Origin: Gemmatimonadota bacterium
Lineage (GTDB): Bacteria; Latescibacterota; UBA2968; UBA8231
Assembly (NCBI GenBank): GCA_038153405.1
Contig: JAYOYH010000002.1
Span: 1 to 64,000 of the forward strand
Length of the DNA stretch: 64,000 bases
Direction: 5' to 3'
The translations under genes were made by a program, and so were the position numbers. The notes below the pieces were generated by a model. The model ran no database searches. It was not told where the DNA came from and saw nothing but the letters and a program-made list of their open reading frames with translations. This document shows positions 55,005 through 64,000 of the stretch, in pieces (position 1 is the stretch's first letter; each line of letters starts with the position of its first letter).

Positions 55005-57375
55005 CTTCACGTAGCAAATCGTGCTCTCTCAGCCGGCGATACAGGGTCGCTCTGCTGATCCCAAGCCGCGCAGCGGCTTTGACCACGTCGCCTTCTTCCG
55101 CGCGCAGCGCCTCCAAATACAGGCGGCGCACGGCTTCGCGATGGCCCTTTTGCGCTCCCTCAAAGCCGGAATCCTCGGCACCGCTGGCCAACTCCGCTTC
55201 CTGCAACAGGCTCGGCGGCAAATCTTCCAGCGCAATGGTTCGATCTTTGACTAGGGCGACGGCGTGCTCTATCGCGTTTTCAAGTTCGCGCACGTTGCCC
55301 GGCCACGGGTAGCGGGACAGTAACTGGAGGGTCTCGGGGTCAACGCGCGTAACAACTTTGCCATTGCGCTCGGCAAATACGCGCACAAAGCGCTCGACAA
55401 AGAGGGGGATATCTTCCTGGCGCTCTCTCAGGGGTGGAACGTCCAGCGCGATTACGTTGAGCCGGTAGAGCAGGTCTCTGCGAAAGCCTCCCCCCTCGAC
55501 TTCGCGGTGCAAATCGCGGTTGGTCGCCGCAATCAGGCGACAATCGATGGGGATGGTCCGATCGCCGCCGACGCGAACGATCGTCTTTTCCTGTAGAACG
55601 CGCAGCAATTTCACCTGCACTTCGGGAGGGACTTCGCCAATTTCATCGAGGAATATCGTTCCACCGCTGGCCAACTCAAACTTGCCCAAGCGCCCCTTTT
55701 TGCTGGCGCCGGTAAAGGCGCCTTCGACATAGCCAAAGAGCTCACTCTCGATGAGATCGCGCGGCAGAGCAGCGCAGTTAACTGCGAGGAAAGGCCCCTC
55801 ACTAAAGGCACTCGCATTGTGAATGGCCTGGGCAAACACCTCTTTGCCGGTGCCGGTCTCACCCTGAATGAGAATATTGGAACTCGTCCCTGCCGCGATG
55901 CGCGCCAGCTCTTTGGCCTTTTCTATCACCGAACTGTTGCCGATGATGTCATCGAAGGAATAGGTGCGCTGAACACCGATAACCCGATGCACTAGCCGCC
56001 CCACTTCGCCCATCTCGCGAAAGGTTAACACCGCGCCAGTCGTCTGTCCTTCGCCGTCCATAACCGGCTGTAAATTGGCCATGGCGGCAACGGCACCCAC
56101 GGTGGCGCGCAGCGTTATCACCCTGTTGTTGAACTGCCCCCCCTCGGCCAACCACGAGCGCAGCGGCGGTTTGTCCTCGACCAAGTCATCCGCACGCACG
56201 CGCTCATCGCCGGTGATGCGACGACCGAGAATGCGAGCGGCGACGGCATTGATCTCCTCGACGTAGCCATCGCGATCAATGGCGATCAACCCATCCGAAA
56301 TGGACTGCAGCAGGGCCTGGGAGCGGCTGTAGAGCTGTCGGAGCTGCGCGCCCTGCTGTTTTTCGCTGCGCACGAGCTCCTGCAAGCGCCCCGTCAAGCG
56401 AATGTCTTCAATTTCTGCGGCGATCTGGCTCGACAGGGCAAATAGCATACTGAGATCGTCTATGCTAAAGCGGCGGCGCTCCGTGCCCAGCGGCGCAATT
56501 TTATCAAAGAGCGTCAGCGTGCCAACAATGCGATCTTCCAAGACGAGCGGCACGCAGACCATAGACGCGCCCAGATCTTGGGGATTTCGCGGCGCCCTCA
56601 CGTCGTCTATCATAATCGGCTCGCCGGTCGCAGCGACGTATTCGGCGATGCGCCTTTCGCACTGCAGATCCAACTCGTTTTCCGTCTCGATAACTACCGT
56701 AGCCAAGGCGAGCGAACCATCTTCGACGAGCAGGCGGATGGCTGCTCCTTTCGCCCGCAGCACATCGGCCGCCAAGCTGGCAATCAGCTCTAACGACTCG
56801 TCCAAGCCGAGCCCGGAATTCATCGCCTGCCCCAACTCATTGAGCGCCTGCACTTCGTCGGAACGCCGCTCCATAGTCTGACGCACTTCCACCGCGTTGA
56901 TCAACGCCAGAACGAGGCTGCGCGCAGCTTCTAGGGCGCCCACCTCGTCTGCGCTATAGCGGCGCACGGCTACACTCTGCAGGTTGATTACCCCGCGCAA
57001 CTCGCCGCCATCCTCAATCGGCACGGCGATGATGCTGGCGTAGCTCTCGGCCTGTGCGACCTTCGCCAATACGGCGGAGCGGGGATCGCGTCCCATGTGC
57101 GGAACCTGGACGATTTTCCGGTGCAATCCCGCAGCGCCGGTTATGCCTTGACCGAGTCGCAGTCGGACTGCTTGCCCCTGCACCGGACCGTGCGACGCGC
57201 TCAGAACGAGCTCGTCCATGCGCCCGTCGAGCAAATAGAGCGCACAAAAATCGGCCCCGAAAGTCTCGGCAAAGAGGCGCACGAGCGCATTTAAGCTCGT
57301 TGGATCCGGAGATGCAATATGGGCCAGCGTCTGGCGCCACAGTTCTCGCTCTATATTGAAGGACTCATTTACCAT
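54973..57375 (-). CDS. sigma54-dependent activator with GAF-GAF-PAS sensors and Fis HTH
   Basis: Two GAF-like regions (GQGITG...SIIAVPI; IMIDDV...VCVPL), PAS (SISDGLIAIDRDG..INAVA), [40 protein letters not shown]. Start placed at ATG 57375. Confidence 0.9.
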   Translation of the reverse strand: MVNESFNIERELWRQTLAHIASPDPTSLNALVRLFAETFGADFCALYLLDGRMDELVLSASHGPVQGQAVRLRLGQGITGAAGLHRKIVQVPHMGRDPRSAVLAKVAQAESYASIIAVPIEDGGELRGVINLQSVAVRRYSADEVGALEAARSLVLALINAVEVRQTMERRSDEVQALNELGQAMNSGLGLDESLELIASLAADVLRAKGAAIRLLVEDGSLALATVVIETENELDLQCERRIAEYVAATGEPIMIDDVRAPRNPQDLGASMVCVPLVLEDRIVGTLTLFDKIAPLGTERRRFSIDDLSMLFALSSQIAAEIEDIRLTGRLQELVRSEKQQGAQLRQLYSRSQALLQSISDGLIAIDRDGYVEEINAVAARILGRRITGDERVRADDLVEDKPPLRSWLAEGGQFNNRVITLRATVGAVAAMANLQPVMDGEGQTTGAVLTFREMGEVGRLVHRVIGVQRTYSFDDIIGNSSVIEKAKELARIAAGTSSNILIQGETGTGKEVFAQAIHNASAFSEGPFLAVNCAALPRDLIESELFGYVEGAFTGASKKGRLGKFELASGGTIFLDEIGEVPPEVQVKLLRVLQEKTIVRVGGDRTIPIDCRLIAATNRDLHREVEGGGFRRDLLYRLNVIALDVPPLRERQEDIPLFVERFVRVFAERNGKVVTRVDPETLQLLSRYPWPGNVRELENAIEHAVALVKDRTIALEDLPPSLLQEAELASGAEDSGFEGAQKGHREAVRRLYLEALRAEEGDVVKAAARLGISRATLYRRLREHDLLREVSNLRYLSHN

Positions 57376-57386
57376 AACAACGCAAC

Positions 57387-57419
57387 AAAAAAAACTCCCG
57401 GAGCCTGAGCCCCGGGAGT
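57387..57419 (-). terminator. Intrinsic terminator after greA
   Basis: ACTCCCGGGGC-TCAG-GCTCCGGGAGT followed by a T8 tract. Confidence 0.85.
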
Positions 57420-57442
57420 CGACATTGGGATAGACGGGGTTA

Positions 57443-57913
57443 CTAGCGGCTAATCTTGACGATTCGATAGTGCAACATACCGGCCGGGACCTGAATCTCG
57501 ACTTCTTCGCCTTCGGAATGGCCCAATAACCCTTTGCCAATCGGCGATGTAGTAGAAATCTTGCCCGCATCGAAATCGGCCTCTTCCGGCGCGACGAGCA
57601 TGTAGTTCAGCTCGCGGTCCTTTTTCAAATCGACCAATTCGACCTTGGCTCCAATATACACTTTGTCCTCTGGTATGGCCTCGTTTTCCAACAGGGTCGC
57701 GCGGCTGAGGGTATCCTCCAGCTTGCTTATGCGCTGCTCCAGAAACATGAGGCGCTCTTTGGCGGCCGAATACTCGGCATTCTCCGACAAGTCGCCAAAC
57801 TCGCGCGCGCGCTGCAGCGCCTGACGCACCGTGGGCCGCTCTTTCTCCTTTAGCTCTTTCAGCTCATCTTTGAGCTTCACGTAACCATCTCGGGATAGGT
57901 ATACTTCGCTCAT
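57443..57913 (-). CDS. greA: Transcription elongation factor GreA
   Basis: AREFGDLSENAEYSAAKE, ISTTSPIGKGLLG, VPAG. Start placed at ATG 57913. Confidence 0.97.
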   Translation of the reverse strand: MSEVYLSRDGYVKLKDELKELKEKERPTVRQALQRAREFGDLSENAEYSAAKERLMFLEQRISKLEDTLSRATLLENEAIPEDKVYIGAKVELVDLKKDRELNYMLVAPEEADFDAGKISTTSPIGKGLLGHSEGEEVEIQVPAGMLHYRIVKISR

Positions 57914-57949
57914 TTCCGACCTCAACACGCAATCATATCGACATTATAT

Positions 57950-57977
57950 AAAAAGCGGAAGCGACCGTCGCTTCCGC
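57950..57977 (-). terminator. Leader terminator (attenuator) upstream of greA
   Basis: Perfect 10-bp stem GCGGAAGCGA/TCGCTTCCGC followed by TTTTTAT, between the promoter and greA. Confidence 0.7.
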
Positions 57978-58000
57978 CGGAAATACGATATCTGCCAGAG

Positions 58001-58029
58001 AATATAAACGACCCCATGGACAAATGCAA
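58001..58029 (-). promoter_or_regulatory. sigma70 promoter of greA
   Basis: TTGCAT-17nt-TATATT. Confidence 0.6.
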
Positions 58030-58054
58030 GCATTACTCAAACCCATTTCGGCCG

Positions 58055-58083
58055 TTTACCAAGCCAGTACTGCGTGTTATATT
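58055..58083 (+). promoter_or_regulatory. sigma70 promoter of the sbcDC operon
   Basis: TTTACC-17nt-TATATT with extended -10 TG. Confidence 0.5.
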
Positions 58084-58124
58084 TGGGTCTAGGTAACTCC
58101 TTTTATGCGCATCGCCAGCCATCC

Positions 58125-59390
58125 ATGACCCATACATTTCTACACTTTGCCGACCTGCACTTAGGCGTGGAGAACTACGGTCGGGTGGATCCGACAACGG
58201 GTCTGCACTCGCGCATCGAAGACTTTTCGCGCAGCTTGAGCATCGCCTTTGACTTTGCCATCGAGGAAGAGGTCGACCTAGTCGTCTTTGCCGGCGATGC
58301 CTACAAGACCTGCGATCCCAGCCCCACTCACCAGAGTACCTTCGCACGTCAACTTCGCCGTCTGCAGCAGGCCTCGATTCCCATCGTGCTCATCGTCGGC
58401 AACCACGACACGCCGGCCGCCTTTGGCAAGGCGACGTCTATCGATATTTTCGGCGCGTTGGAATTGGACAATACCCACGTCGTGCGCCGCCCAGAGTTAC
58501 TTATGCTCGACACGCGCCACGGGCCCATACAGGTGGCAGGACTGCCCTGGCCCACGCGCAATATGCTGCGCACACACGACGAGTATAAGCATCTATCGCA
58601 AGAAGATCTCAGTGCGCATATACAGGCCATTTGCGCCGCGCAAATCGATGAATTCGCCCGCTCGCTCGATCCCGATATACCGGCGATCTTAACGGCGCAT
58701 ATCGCAACAGCTGACGCCACCTATTCGGGCAGTGAACGCACCGCCCTGATCGGACAAGACCCCACGTTGCTGACCAGCACGCTGGCCAATCCCGCATTCG
58801 ACTACGTAGCCCTAGGCCACATTCACAAATTCCAAGACGTACACAGGGGCGCAGCGCCGCCCGTCGTCTACTCGGGCAGCATAGAGCGCATCGACTTTGG
58901 TGAAGAGCGCGAAGAAAAGGGATTCTGTATCGGCAGCATCGAACCCACTGACGGCACGGCGCGCGGGCGCACGACGCACTTCGAGTTTGTTCCCGTCCCC
59001 GCGCGCCGCTTTGTAACAATTGAAGTAGACCTTGTCGATGGCATGCCGCCCACCGAGCAAATCGCCAACGCCATCGCCAAAACCGATATCGCCGACGCGG
59101 TCGTTCGCATCCTGTATAATATGCCGACCAGCACGGAAGAGCCCGTCGATCTCGAGCGAGTGCGCCGGGCGCTGGACGCGGCCTTCTACGTTGCCTCGAT
59201 CCAACCGCGCCTACTGCCCAGAGAGCGCCCGCGCCGCGCCGCCATCACCGAAGACCTCGCCCTGAGCGATGCACTTGGACGCTATATCGATAACAACGAC
59301 CATCTCAGCGAGCGCCGTGAAGAACTGCTCAAGCGCGCCCGCGAGTTGGAGCGCGAGTTGGAGCTCAACTCAACAGAGGGAACGCCGTGA
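58125..59390 (+). CDS. sbcD: SbcD/Mre11 nuclease
   Basis: HFADLHLG, FAGDAY, VGNHD, YVALGHIH, YSGSIERIDFGE. Start placed at ATG 58125. Confidence 0.95.
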   Translation: MTHTFLHFADLHLGVENYGRVDPTTGLHSRIEDFSRSLSIAFDFAIEEEVDLVVFAGDAYKTCDPSPTHQSTFARQLRRLQQASIPIVLIVGNHDTPAAFGKATSIDIFGALELDNTHVVRRPELLMLDTRHGPIQVAGLPWPTRNMLRTHDEYKHLSQEDLSAHIQAICAAQIDEFARSLDPDIPAILTAHIATADATYSGSERTALIGQDPTLLTSTLANPAFDYVALGHIHKFQDVHRGAAPPVVYSGSIERIDFGEEREEKGFCIGSIEPTDGTARGRTTHFEFVPVPARRFVTIEVDLVDGMPPTEQIANAIAKTDIADAVVRILYNMPTSTEEPVDLERVRRALDAAFYVASIQPRLLPRERPRRAAITEDLALSDALGRYIDNNDHLSERREELLKRARELERELELNSTEGTP

Positions 59391-62300
59391 TTCCCGTATC
59401 CCTTTCGCTGCGCAACTTTCTGAGCTATGGCGAACAGGTGCCCACACTCGACTTCACCCAGTTTCGCGTTGCTTGCCTCAGCGGAGACAACGGACACGGC
59501 AAGTCGGCCATTCTCGACGCAATGACCTACGCCCTGTGGGGCGAAGCCCGCAAGAGCCAGCACGATCGCAAACCCGACGAAGGCCTGCTGCGCATCGGCG
59601 CCAGCGAGATGAGGGTGGAGTTTTGCTTCGAGTTGGACGAACAGCGCTTTCGCGTCTTGCGCAGCTACCGCAGGCGTGGCAACAGGGGCTCGGCACAGCT
59701 CGAATTACAGGTTTACGACGCCGGCGATCAAGTATACCGCTCGCTGTCGGAGGGCGACTCGCTTACCCGCACCCAAGAGCGCATCAACCAGTTGCTCAGC
59801 ATCGACTATGAGACCTTTGTCAACTCGGCTTTTATCGTGCAGGGCCGCGCGGACGCCTTTACGGAAAAGAGCGCGCGCCAGCGCAAAGATATCCTGGCCC
59901 AAATCCTCGGCTTAGAGCGCTACGATCGCCTGCAGGCCCTTGCCCGCAGCCGCTTTCAAGCGCTCGACCAGCGCAACCGCGAGCGCACGAGGCGCCTGTC
60001 CGAACTGGATGCCGAACTCGGCGAAAGCGCGCAACACGCGCGCGAACTCGGCGAAGTTACACAGCGTTTGGAGCAGCTCGTCGCGGTATTAGAAAAGCGC
60101 GATGCCGATCTGGAATCGCTGCGCCAGAAGCAGCAGAGCCTGCAGAGCGCCAGAGAGAATCAGCAGTCGAGCGAACGCGAGCGCGGCGAACTAGCCCAAC
60201 GCTTATTGCAACTGGCCAAGGAAAGAAACCACCTAGAAAAGCAACAGCGCGACGACGCAGAATTGCTTAAGGCTGAGCAGGACATACAGCGCGACTTTTC
60301 TAACTACCAAAAGCTACAGCTTCGGGTGGTTGAATTCGATCGCGCCATGCATGCACTGCGCGGTCTGGAAACGCGCCGTGGCGACGTGCGCGCGCACATC
60401 ACCGCAGCGCGCCACGAAGTGGAACAGCGCCACCAAACCCATGCTGCGCTGCGCGACGACTACGAAAGACAGTTGGGCGAAATAAGAGAGCTACTGGCCA
60501 AGGAAGACCAGGTTCAGCAGACCTTCAACCAACTGCAGAGCCTGCGCAAAAAATCCCAGCAGTTAGAGAACCAGCGCGTGCGCCACGAAGCACTACGCCA
60601 CGAGCACGTGCAGTTGGAACACGCCATTGCCATGCAGCGCCAGGACATCGGCAACCAGCGCAGCCACATCCAAAAGCAGCTAGTGCAGTTGAGCGCGACA
60701 ACGGCCGAAGGGAGTGCTCTTAACAGCCAGCTACATCAGCTAGAGAGCGACGTGAGCACCCTGCAATTACAGGCGGCTGAGCGCGATCGTCTGAAGGAGC
60801 GCGGCAGCGCGCTGCGCGCGCAGATTGACGAACAGCGCAAGCAGTTGGCTCAAGCGCAGCGCACCTTGGAAGCCGAACGCCAGAGCACGGCAGAGGCCAA
60901 GACCCGCGCCGAAGATCGCTGTCCTCTATGCGGCAGCGCGCTCGATGAAGCACACCGCAAGCAGTTAGACGAGGAACTCGAACGCGTAGAGCGCGAACAG
61001 GAAAGTCGCATTGCCGAGTTAGCGACATCGGCTGACCAGCTCGAGCAGGAATTGGACGGCATGCGCTCAACCTACCGATCGCTGGAAGAGCAAACCGCGC
61101 CGCTAGAGACCCGGCGCACCGAGCTAAACGAATGCCGCCTCCGCCTACAGCAGCTCGACCAGCAACGGCGCGAAGCGCAGGCCCTCGACGCAGCGATCGC
61201 CGCGCTGAGCAGCCAGCTAGAGCAGTGCGCTGCCGCTGAGCGAACACGTCTACAGCAGGTCGAAGAGGAGCTAGTGGCGCTGTCGTATAGCGCAGAGGAT
61301 CATGCGGATCTGCAGCGAATCGTTGAGGAGATGCGCCAGTCTGAACTCGACCACGCGCGCCTGCAGAACGCCCGTGCCCAGGCGGACGAATTGGTGCGCC
61401 AGCGCGACGAAGCCAACAAAAAAATGGAGGCTGCCCAGCAGTATCTTCTCGACAAACGCTACGCCAAGGCAGAGCAAGAGCAGCTGGCTGAACTAGAGCG
61501 CGAAATAGCCTCCCTCGCCTACGACGGCGATGCCCACGCCCAGTTGCGCAAAGACCTAGACGCGCTGAGCGAAGTTTTCACGCTGCAAAACAACCTACAG
61601 GCAGCACGCGAACGGCGCGCGGGCACCAGCGAGGCACTCAACCGCACCGCGCAGCAAGTCTTGGAGTTAAACGAGCGCAGCGACCAGCTTGAGGAGGGAC
61701 TTCGCGCAGCACAGCGCACTATTGAAGAACTCTCTCCAGTAGATCAGCAACTGACACAGCTGGCGCAACAGCAGGCGACAGAGCGCCAGCAGCGCGACGC
61801 GCTCATTGAGCAGCGGGGCTCGTTGCGCACCCTCTGCGAACGCGAGGAACGGCTAGCCCAAGAGCGCCAAACCATGCAGCGGGAAATGCAGGGCGATCGC
61901 GATGACACTTGGCTCTACCAATCCCTCGACGAAGCTTTCGGCAAAGACGGTATTCAGGCGCTCATTATCGAAAGCGCCGTCCCGCAAATTGAAAGCGAAG
62001 CCAACGCTCTGCTAGCTCGCCTGACCGACAACCGGATACAAATATCAATCGAGTCTCTCCGCGACTTGAAAACAGGCGGCACGCGCGAAACGCTGGACAT
62101 AAAAATAGCCGATGAGCTAGGGGAGCGCCCCTACCATCTCTACTCGGGCGGCGAGGCGTTCCGCACCAATTTTGCCCTGCGCATCGCCCTTTCCAAAGTA
62201 TTGGCGATCCGCGCCGGCACCCAACTGCGCACGCTCGTCATCGATGAAGGGTTTGGCACGCAGGACACCGCAGGCATAGAACAGCTCGTCGAGGCCATCC

Positions 62301-62437
62301 AGGAAATAAGCCGCGATTTCGACAAGGTGCTGATCGTGACCCATCTGCCCGAGCTTAAAAAAGTTTTCCCCGTGCAGATCGAAGTCGTAAAACACCCGGA
62401 TATCGGCTCGCGTTTCACCTTGATCGACAACAGCTGA
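59387..62437 (+). CDS. sbcC: SbcC/Rad50 SMC-like ATPase
   Basis: Walker A GDNGHGKS, coiled coils, zinc hook CPLCG, YSGGE, IDEGFGTQD, VTH. Confidence 0.95.
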   Translation: MIPVSLSLRNFLSYGEQVPTLDFTQFRVACLSGDNGHGKSAILDAMTYALWGEARKSQHDRKPDEGLLRIGASEMRVEFCFELDEQRFRVLRSYRRRGNRGSAQLELQVYDAGDQVYRSLSEGDSLTRTQERINQLLSIDYETFVNSAFIVQGRADAFTEKSARQRKDILAQILGLERYDRLQALARSRFQALDQRNRERTRRLSELDAELGESAQHARELGEVTQRLEQLVAVLEKRDADLESLRQKQQSLQSARENQQSSERERGELAQRLLQLAKERNHLEKQQRDDAELLKAEQDIQRDFSNYQKLQLRVVEFDRAMHALRGLETRRGDVRAHITAARHEVEQRHQTHAALRDDYERQLGEIRELLAKEDQVQQTFNQLQSLRKKSQQLENQRVRHEALRHEHVQLEHAIAMQRQDIGNQRSHIQKQLVQLSATTAEGSALNSQLHQLESDVSTLQLQAAERDRLKERGSALRAQIDEQRKQLAQAQRTLEAERQSTAEAKTRAEDRCPLCGSALDEAHRKQLDEELERVEREQESRIAELATSADQLEQELDGMRSTYRSLEEQTAPLETRRTELNECRLRLQQLDQQRREAQALDAAIAALSSQLEQCAAAERTRLQQVEEELVALSYSAEDHADLQRIVEEMRQSELDHARLQNARAQADELVRQRDEANKKMEAAQQYLLDKRYAKAEQEQLAELEREIASLAYDGDAHAQLRKDLDALSEVFTLQNNLQAARERRAGTSEALNRTAQQVLELNERSDQLEEGLRAAQRTIEELSPVDQQLTQLAQQQATERQQRDALIEQRGSLRTLCEREERLAQERQTMQREMQGDRDDTWLYQSLDEAFGKDGIQALIIESAVPQIESEANALLARLTDNRIQISIESLRDLKTGGTRETLDIKIADELGERPYHLYSGGEAFRTNFALRIALSKVLAIRAGTQLRTLVIDEGFGTQDTAGIEQLVEAIQEISRDFDKVLIVTHLPELKKVFPVQIEVVKHPDIGSRFTLIDNS

Positions 62438-62478
62438 CACCCTTTACCAAAACACTAGTAACTTATTGGAGGAACCGC

Positions 62479-63528
62479 TTGACCACGCACGCGCTGCGCG
62501 ATGTTCTAACAGAAGAAGGAGGCCGGTGGGAAGAGCAGGTTGCCGAGGCACCGGCACCGCGCGACTACGGCGATCCCATTGCCGAATACACAGCCGCGGC
62601 GCAGGGCGCTGCCCTGCACTACGGTGGCCACTGGGGACGCCTGCTATTGGGCGGAGCAGACCATCTCGATTTTCTCCACCGCATGACCACCAACGATTTT
62701 ATCGGGCTGCAAAATGGACATGGCCTGCAGGCCGTATTTACGGAGAGCCGCGGGCGCATCGTCGACTTCGGCGCGTTCTATCGCAGGCAAGAGCACACCC
62801 TTGCTATTGTCAGCCCCGCGGCGCGTCAGACAATTCCCGCTTGGCTCGATCGATTTATTTTCTCTGAAGACATGACCATTGACGACATCGGCGAATCGAC
62901 TTCGATGTTCGACGTCATTGGCCCCGACGCACTTTCCACCGCACGCCGCGCGCTGGACCTACCCGCAGAACCGTCTGCGCCGCATCAGCTCATCGATTGC
63001 CCTTCCCAGCCTTCTCTGTGGATCGCCGCACTAGCCAGCCCCTCTGCGGGTCTGCGTCTACTGGGCGAACCGGACGGACTGGCCGTGCTCTGGCGCGCCC
63101 TGCGCGAAGCCGGTGCCCACCCCATCGGCGAAGAGGCGTGGAACGTGCGCCGCATCGAACTCGGCATTCCACTAGCCAACGGCGAGCTAAACGACGAGCA
63201 CAATCCCTGGGAAGCCGGCCTGGGCGATGCAATACACATGAATAAGGGATGCTATATAGGCCAAGAAGTCATCGCCCGCTTGGACACGTACGACAAAATC
63301 AAACAGCACTTGGTCGGCCTTGCCGTCTCTGCGGAGGCCCCCCCACCTCCCGGCACCCAACTGCTCAGCGAGAGGGCCGCCGTCGGCACGGTGACGTCGA
63401 GCGCGCTTTCGCCGACCTTGGGCACGATCGCCCTAGGCTATGTACGCCGAGCCCATGCCGCACCCGGCACACAGCTCTCTCTGGCCGATGGCAACGGCAC
63501 GTGCATCGTGCAGTCGCTACCATTCTGA
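62479..63528 (+). CDS. ygfZ: YgfZ/GcvT-like folate-binding protein
   Basis: FLHRMTTND and the KGCYIGQEVIAR YgfZ signature. Confidence 0.88.
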   Translation: MTTHALRDVLTEEGGRWEEQVAEAPAPRDYGDPIAEYTAAAQGAALHYGGHWGRLLLGGADHLDFLHRMTTNDFIGLQNGHGLQAVFTESRGRIVDFGAFYRRQEHTLAIVSPAARQTIPAWLDRFIFSEDMTIDDIGESTSMFDVIGPDALSTARRALDLPAEPSAPHQLIDCPSQPSLWIAALASPSAGLRLLGEPDGLAVLWRALREAGAHPIGEEAWNVRRIELGIPLANGELNDEHNPWEAGLGDAIHMNKGCYIGQEVIARLDTYDKIKQHLVGLAVSAEAPPPPGTQLLSERAAVGTVTSSALSPTLGTIALGYVRRAHAAPGTQLSLADGNGTCIVQSLPF

Positions 63529-63533
63529 CTGCG

Positions 63534-64000
63534 ATGCAGACCCACGCGCCCAAAGAGCATCGGCGCAAAATTCTCTACCTGCACGTCAATAACCTAGCCG
63601 TGTGCAGCGCTCAGCATCAATCCGAGCGCTGGAATACCCATCCCTGCATCGTCGCCGATCGTATCGTGCGCGCCGCATCGCCGGCCGCTCAACGGCTGGG
63701 CATAGAACAGGGCATGCAGCGCAGCCAAGCCCTCCGCATCGCCCCACGCGTCGAATGCATCGGTCCTGCGACCGACATTAGCGCTGATCTAGGCGGGCAA
63801 TTGGAAGCCATCTTGCTCGAGTACACCGACCTCGTAGAAGCCAAGTCTCCCTGCGAGTACTTCCTCGATATCACCTATAACAAGATGGACATACCCATCG
63901 GTTTGCGCGCCGCACAGCTGCTGCGCGGCGACCTAAGCCGCGAGTTGGCGCTTGATACGACAATGGCGTTAGCGCCGAACAAACTACTCGCTCAAATGGT
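63534..64000 (+). CDS. DinB/Y-family polymerase-like protein lacking catalytic aspartates (partial; not in ORF track)
   Basis: Manual translation: RKILYLHVNNL...AASPAAQRLGIEQGM...EYTDLVEAKSPCEYFLDIT...ALAPNKLLAQM, colinear with the DinB palm and finger regions. Confidence 0.8.
   Translation, partial: MQTHAPKEHRRKILYLHVNNLAVCSAQHQSERWNTHPCIVADRIVRAASPAAQRLGIEQGMQRSQALRIAPRVECIGPATDISADLGGQLEAILLEYTDLVEAKSPCEYFLDITYNKMDIPIGLRAAQLLRGDLSRELALDTTMALAPNKLLAQM

Noticed and set aside
57376..57570. 65-aa N-terminal extension of the GAF activator overlapping greA
   Set aside because: It runs through the greA 3' end and its terminator, so it is most likely an ORF-caller extension.
58030..58124. SOS (LexA) box upstream of sbcD
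   Set aside because: I see no convincing match to the LexA motifs I know (CTGT-N8-ACAG, GAAC-N4-GTTC); a lineage-specific box cannot be excluded.

Overview
GC-rich bacterial chromosomal window. A lineage in or near the FCB group (e.g. Latescibacterota/Gemmatimonadota-like) is an unverified inference. I see no mobile element or CRISPR array. (1) 1-12 kb: a minus-strand MoxR/DUF58/BatA-BatB-BatC operon with a GldA/GldF/GldG-like ABC module and a DUF4340-like protein inserted in it; the GldG-like protein is an internal tandem duplication. (2) 12-25 kb: TPR lipoprotein, FmdB zinc ribbon, LpoA-like protein, a ClpX-like ATPase without a zinc-binding domain, lon plus a pseudo-receiver sigma54 activator behind a sigma54 promoter, two convergent hypothetical proteins (one with split PilZ motifs), and rlmD. 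(3) 25-54 kb: the tRNA-rpmG-secE-nusG-rplKAJL-rpoBC-str-S10-spc-alpha supercluster. It lacks rplC (L3), adk, map and infA, and has unusual residues in RpoB (rifampicin pocket), S12 and EF-Tu. (4) 54-64 kb: a GAF-GAF-PAS sigma54 activator followed by palindromic sites, a sigma54 promoter and a small triple CCCH zinc-finger protein; greA with a leader terminator; and sbcD-sbcC-ygfZ-like genes followed by a DinB-like gene lacking catalytic aspartates (partial).
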